Assembly (NCBI GenBank): GCA_027021705.1
Contig: JALUTT010000099.1
Coordinates: 1 to 64,000, forward strand
Length of the DNA: 64,000 nucleotides
Direction of reading: 5' to 3'
DNA from: Anaerolineae bacterium
GTDB taxonomy: Bacteria; Chloroflexota; Anaerolineae; S140-20
A model generated the notes under the pieces. The model ran no database searches. It saw only the letters and a list, made by a program, of their open reading frames with translations, and had not been told where the DNA came from. A program made the position numbers and the translations under genes. The number at the start of each line of letters is the position of its first letter. Position 1 is the stretch's first letter. Below are positions 61,119 through 64,000 of this stretch, piece by piece.

Positions 61119-61319
61119 GCTGTCAGCGGATTTGAGAACGGATTGAGCGGATAAGAGACAATCGCTCCACAAACGGCTTCTCGAAATCCGTTTGATGAGG
61201 TAGTAGCGGCCTGGTGGCCTAGCGGCCTAGCACTTCATCAAAGGTGATCCCGACTGGTTGGACCACCCCCTATGGGGGCGCTCCTTCCGCTCAATCCGCT
61301 CCCTTAATCCGTTGACAGC
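61119..61319. repeat. Family C element, two-armed palindromic copy
   Basis: Inverted arms 61119-61151/61286-61319 and inner arms tttgatgaggtagtag/ctagcacttcatcaaa around (C)TAGCGGC octamers. Confidence 0.75.
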
Positions 61320-61377
61320 AGTCCGTTTTGAAGCGGATAACTGTTAGCGGTTTACCTGGGGTGACCGGATGACAGAT

Positions 61378-61405
61378 TTGACGAGTTCGTAAAGCAAGGT
61401 ATAAT
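61378..61405 (+). promoter_or_regulatory. sigma70-type promoter of the Phd-protease pair
   Basis: TTGACG-16 bp-TATAAT. Confidence 0.6.
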
Positions 61406-61469
61406 TTTGGAATGAGGCCGTCCACCCTCTCCAAAGCCTGGGGATGCATCCCCAGAAAGCAGGCACCCG

Positions 61470-61736
61470 ATGTCCAAGACAATCGCCCAACAAGCCCTCT
61501 CCCGCTACCTCGACCAGGTGATAGACGAGGTGGCCGAAGGCCGCGAGACCTACATCATCGAGGTCTCCGGACAACCCAAGGTCGTCATCCTGAGCCTGGA
61601 CGAATACAAGCAACTCCGAGCAAGGGCCTTCGAGGCCCCATCTCCACCCGCCCGTATCATCAGCCCCCGGCTGGCAGACCCATCTCAGGCTAAGGACTTT
61701 GAACTGGAAGTCGTGGAGGAGGACATCTATGCCTAA
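61470..61736 (+). CDS. Phd/YefM-family antitoxin-like protein
   Basis: L...IDEV....ETYII...GQPKVVILSLDEY. Confidence 0.78.
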   Translation: MSKTIAQQALSRYLDQVIDEVAEGRETYIIEVSGQPKVVILSLDEYKQLRARAFEAPSPPARIISPRLADPSQAKDFELEVVEEDIYA

Positions 61737-62121
61737 CTACGACTCCGAGCACTTTGCACCTCCGGCTCCAATAGCCTGGGTCAGCCTGATCAACCCCAAC
61801 ACCGGGCAATCCCTTCAAGCCATCCCTATGCTGATGGACACGGGTGCTGACATCACACTGGTGCCTGCCAAAGCCTTGCGAGACCTGGGTGTGGACACAC
61901 TCCCGGACTTGTACGCTCTAGAGGGCTTCAACGGCACCCGCGTGATGGCTCCGACTGCCTACTTGAGCCTCCGCCTCCTAGGCCGGACCTTCTATGGCCG
62001 TTTTGTGACCATAGACCAAGAGATAGGCATCCTGGGCCGGAATGTCCTGAACCACCTCGCGCTGCTTCTGGATGGGCCTCGGCTATCCTGGCAACTCCTC
62101 CCGGTGTCTCCCACCGAGTGA
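61729..62121 (+). CDS. Retropepsin-like (clan AA) aspartic protease
   Basis: LMDTGADITLVP and GILGRNVL; ATG after GGAGG overlapping the Phd gene stop. Confidence 0.8.
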   Translation: MPNYDSEHFAPPAPIAWVSLINPNTGQSLQAIPMLMDTGADITLVPAKALRDLGVDTLPDLYALEGFNGTRVMAPTAYLSLRLLGRTFYGRFVTIDQEIGILGRNVLNHLALLLDGPRLSWQLLPVSPTE

Positions 62122-62201
62122 GCGTTGACCGCCACCCTCCCATAGGCCGCGCAATGCCCAGAGGCTAACGCAGCTCATCGAAGCCCCCCACAACGCCCTT
62201 T

Positions 62202-62386
62202 ACCCTCCCGCAGGCCCCCCGATGCCCAAAGACCAACGTGGTCATCGAAGCCCCCCACAACGCACTGCAAGCCCGTGGATAGGACCTGCGGGAGGGCAGG
62301 CCCCCCGATGCCCAAAGACCAACGTGGTCATCGAAGCCCCCCACAACGCACTGCAAGCTCGTGGATAGGACCTGCGGGAGGGCAGG
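62202..62386. repeat. Family B element, copy 3, with 86-bp tandem duplication
   Basis: 62211-62296 repeated at 62297-62382 with one mismatch; a third partial tcatcgaagccccccacaacgc lies just upstream. Confidence 0.9.
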
Positions 62387-62393
62387 TCGTTGT

Positions 62394-63461
62394 TCAGGTC
62401 TTCTCCAGGAAAAAGATGTACTCGTGCTTGAAGACGTAGAACCCCCCCGCCAAGGCCCGGTAGCGCCAGAGGGCCTCCTGGGACCGCTTCCCCCGTGTCC
62501 CCTCGAAGTTCTTGACCACGATGCTCTTCAGCCGAAAGCCCACGGCCAGCGCCTCCTGCATCCCGTAGAAGCCCAACGGAATCCACTCCCCCCGGACATA
62601 CTTGTCCCCTATCACCACGACCATGAACCGCCCCGGCTCCAGAAGGGGATAGACGTGCTCCACCGCCTGCCGCCACCGGGCCAGGAAGGCTTCGACGCTG
62701 GGCGCGGCGCTCAGGTCCCGGGGATCGTCGCTGAAGCGGATGATGTCGTGGTAGGGGGGATGCATCACGACCAACTGAAAGCGCCGGACAGGCAGTCGGT
62801 CCAGGTCGAAGCTCGTCGCATCCCCCACGATGAGGGGGGTCTGCACATCGTAGGGGTTGGGCTCCTGGGCGACGCGGGCCTCCGCCCGGCGGGCCACCTC
62901 CGGGTTGAGCTCAATCCCCACGCCGTGCCGGCCCAGCCGGCGGCACTCGATGAGCGTCGTGCCGCTGCCCACGAAGGGGTCCAACACCCACTCGCCCCGC
63001 CGGGTGAAGCGCCACATCGCCTGACGGGGGATCTGAGGCACGAAGTTGCCCCAGTACCAGGCCAGGTGAGCACCGCTGGAGTCCCGCCGGTCAATGAGCC
63101 AGAGGCTGTCCGTCAGGACCTCCTCGTACTCCTGCCAGCGGTTCAGGTTGATCTCGTTGATGGGCTTGGTGCGCCGCTCGGTCAGCGCCCGGCGCAGCCG
63201 TCGGAGGTAGTAGCCCGCCCGCTCCCGCGTGTAGGCCGCCTCCGCCTGGGCAAGCTGCCGGTCCAGCAGGTCCAGCCGCACCGCCTCGACGTCGGTGTCG
63301 GCCGGCGTCGCCACCACCCCCAGCGGGTCCGCCGGGTCCTGGAGGGCCGCCCGCAGCCCACGCACCCGCTCCCGTAGCTCCGCCAGCGCCTCCACCCCCA
63401 AGAGCTCGTCCAACAGCGCCGCCAGCCGGCTCACGCGCAGGGGAACCCGCTGCCCATCCAC
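62394..63461 (-). CDS. Orphan amino-(N4/N6) DNA methyltransferase-like protein
   Basis: GNFVPQIP, VLDPFVGSGTT SAM-binding motif, HPPY motif IV, HEYIF. Confidence 0.78.
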   Translation of the reverse strand: MDGQRVPLRVSRLAALLDELLGVEALAELRERVRGLRAALQDPADPLGVVATPADTDVEAVRLDLLDRQLAQAEAAYTRERAGYYLRRLRRALTERRTKPINEINLNRWQEYEEVLTDSLWLIDRRDSSGAHLAWYWGNFVPQIPRQAMWRFTRRGEWVLDPFVGSGTTLIECRRLGRHGVGIELNPEVARRAEARVAQEPNPYDVQTPLIVGDATSFDLDRLPVRRFQLVVMHPPYHDIIRFSDDPRDLSAAPSVEAFLARWRQAVEHVYPLLEPGRFMVVVIGDKYVRGEWIPLGFYGMQEALAVGFRLKSIVVKNFEGTRGKRSQEALWRYRALAGGFYVFKHEYIFFLEKT

Positions 63462-63539
63462 GCCCCGCTCCTCGCAACGGCGACCGCCGACGGCAAGCCG
63501 CCGACCACCAACGGCGCAGCACGCAACGTGCAGTGCGCC

Positions 63540-64000
63540 TCACGCCTCCCGTTTCCCATCCAGCAGCTCCCGGAACAACGCTTCGTACCCCTGGGCCGTC
63601 CGCTCGGTGCTGAAGCGGGCCTCGATCTCCTCCCGGGGCCGCACGTACCGCTCCCGCTCCCGCAGGACGCGCAGGATGGCCTCCGCCAGGGAATCGGCGT
63701 CCGCCACAGGCACCACCTCCCCCATCCCCGTCTGGTAGACGGGCTGACGCACGCCGGGCAGGTCCGAGGCTACCGAGGGGGTGCCGCACAGCATCGCCTC
63801 GACTTGGACCAACCCGAAGGACTCGGTGGAGTTGAGGCTGGGCAGGACCAGCACGTCGCTGTTGGCGTAGAAGACGGCCATCTCCTCCGGGTTGAGGACG
63901 CCCAGAAACTCCCAGTGGTCCCGGTACCGCTCGAGGAGAGGGGCCAGCCGGCGGGCGTAAGCCTCCTCGCCTAGGACGTTCCGGTACTGCCCGGCGAAGA
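63540..64000 (-). CDS. GT4 glycosyltransferase, 3' part (5' end beyond the window)
   Basis: LVLPSLNSTESFGLVQVEAM..G.P.VASDLPGV. Confidence 0.9.
   Translation of the reverse strand, partial: FAGQYRNVLGEEAYARRLAPLLERYRDHWEFLGVLNPEEMAVFYANSDVLVLPSLNSTESFGLVQVEAMLCGTPSVASDLPGVRQPVYQTGMGEVVPVADADSLAEAILRVLRERERYVRPREEIEARFSTERTAQGYEALFRELLDGKREA

Noticed and set aside
62175..62386. Possible CRISPR array
   Set aside because: The intervening sequences are duplicated rather than unique spacers, and no cas genes are present; it is a tandem duplication

Overview
High-GC bacterial DNA. Gene content and the C-terminal 'YLPxVLK' surface-protein motifs suggest a thermophilic Chloroflexota/Anaerolineae; this is inference only. 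The centrepiece is a ~20-kb minus-strand sulfur-energy cluster (20.8-40.9 kb): tusA, two dsrE-type genes, three lbpA (GcvH-like) genes, a thioredoxin, shdrC1-B1-A-H-B3, etfB-etfA, an EMO/HdrF-like membrane Fe-S protein and a lipoate:protein ligase, i.e. a type II sHdr-LbpA layout. It is extended by a fused PsrB/PsrC(NrfD)-like gene, a Tat-less DMSO-reductase-family Mo enzyme and a DUF2270-DUF2179 fusion, and faces a divergent GAF sensor kinase/NarL regulator pair. The rest is housekeeping genes (rluB, cmk, plsC, argG, argJ, nadE), a Fur-family regulator with its own box, an IS630-like end, two ABC-ATPase + DUF4276 (Toprim-like) pairs, several toxin-antitoxin-like cassettes inserted into operons, an S1P-lyase-like/MFS pair, two very large secreted proteins, a MalT-like regulator and part of a glycosylation operon with an orphan DNA methyltransferase. 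Intergenic DNA holds at least three families of dispersed palindromic elements plus heptamer arrays. No CRISPR array, tRNA or rRNA was seen. Domain calls come from motif recognition, not database searches.
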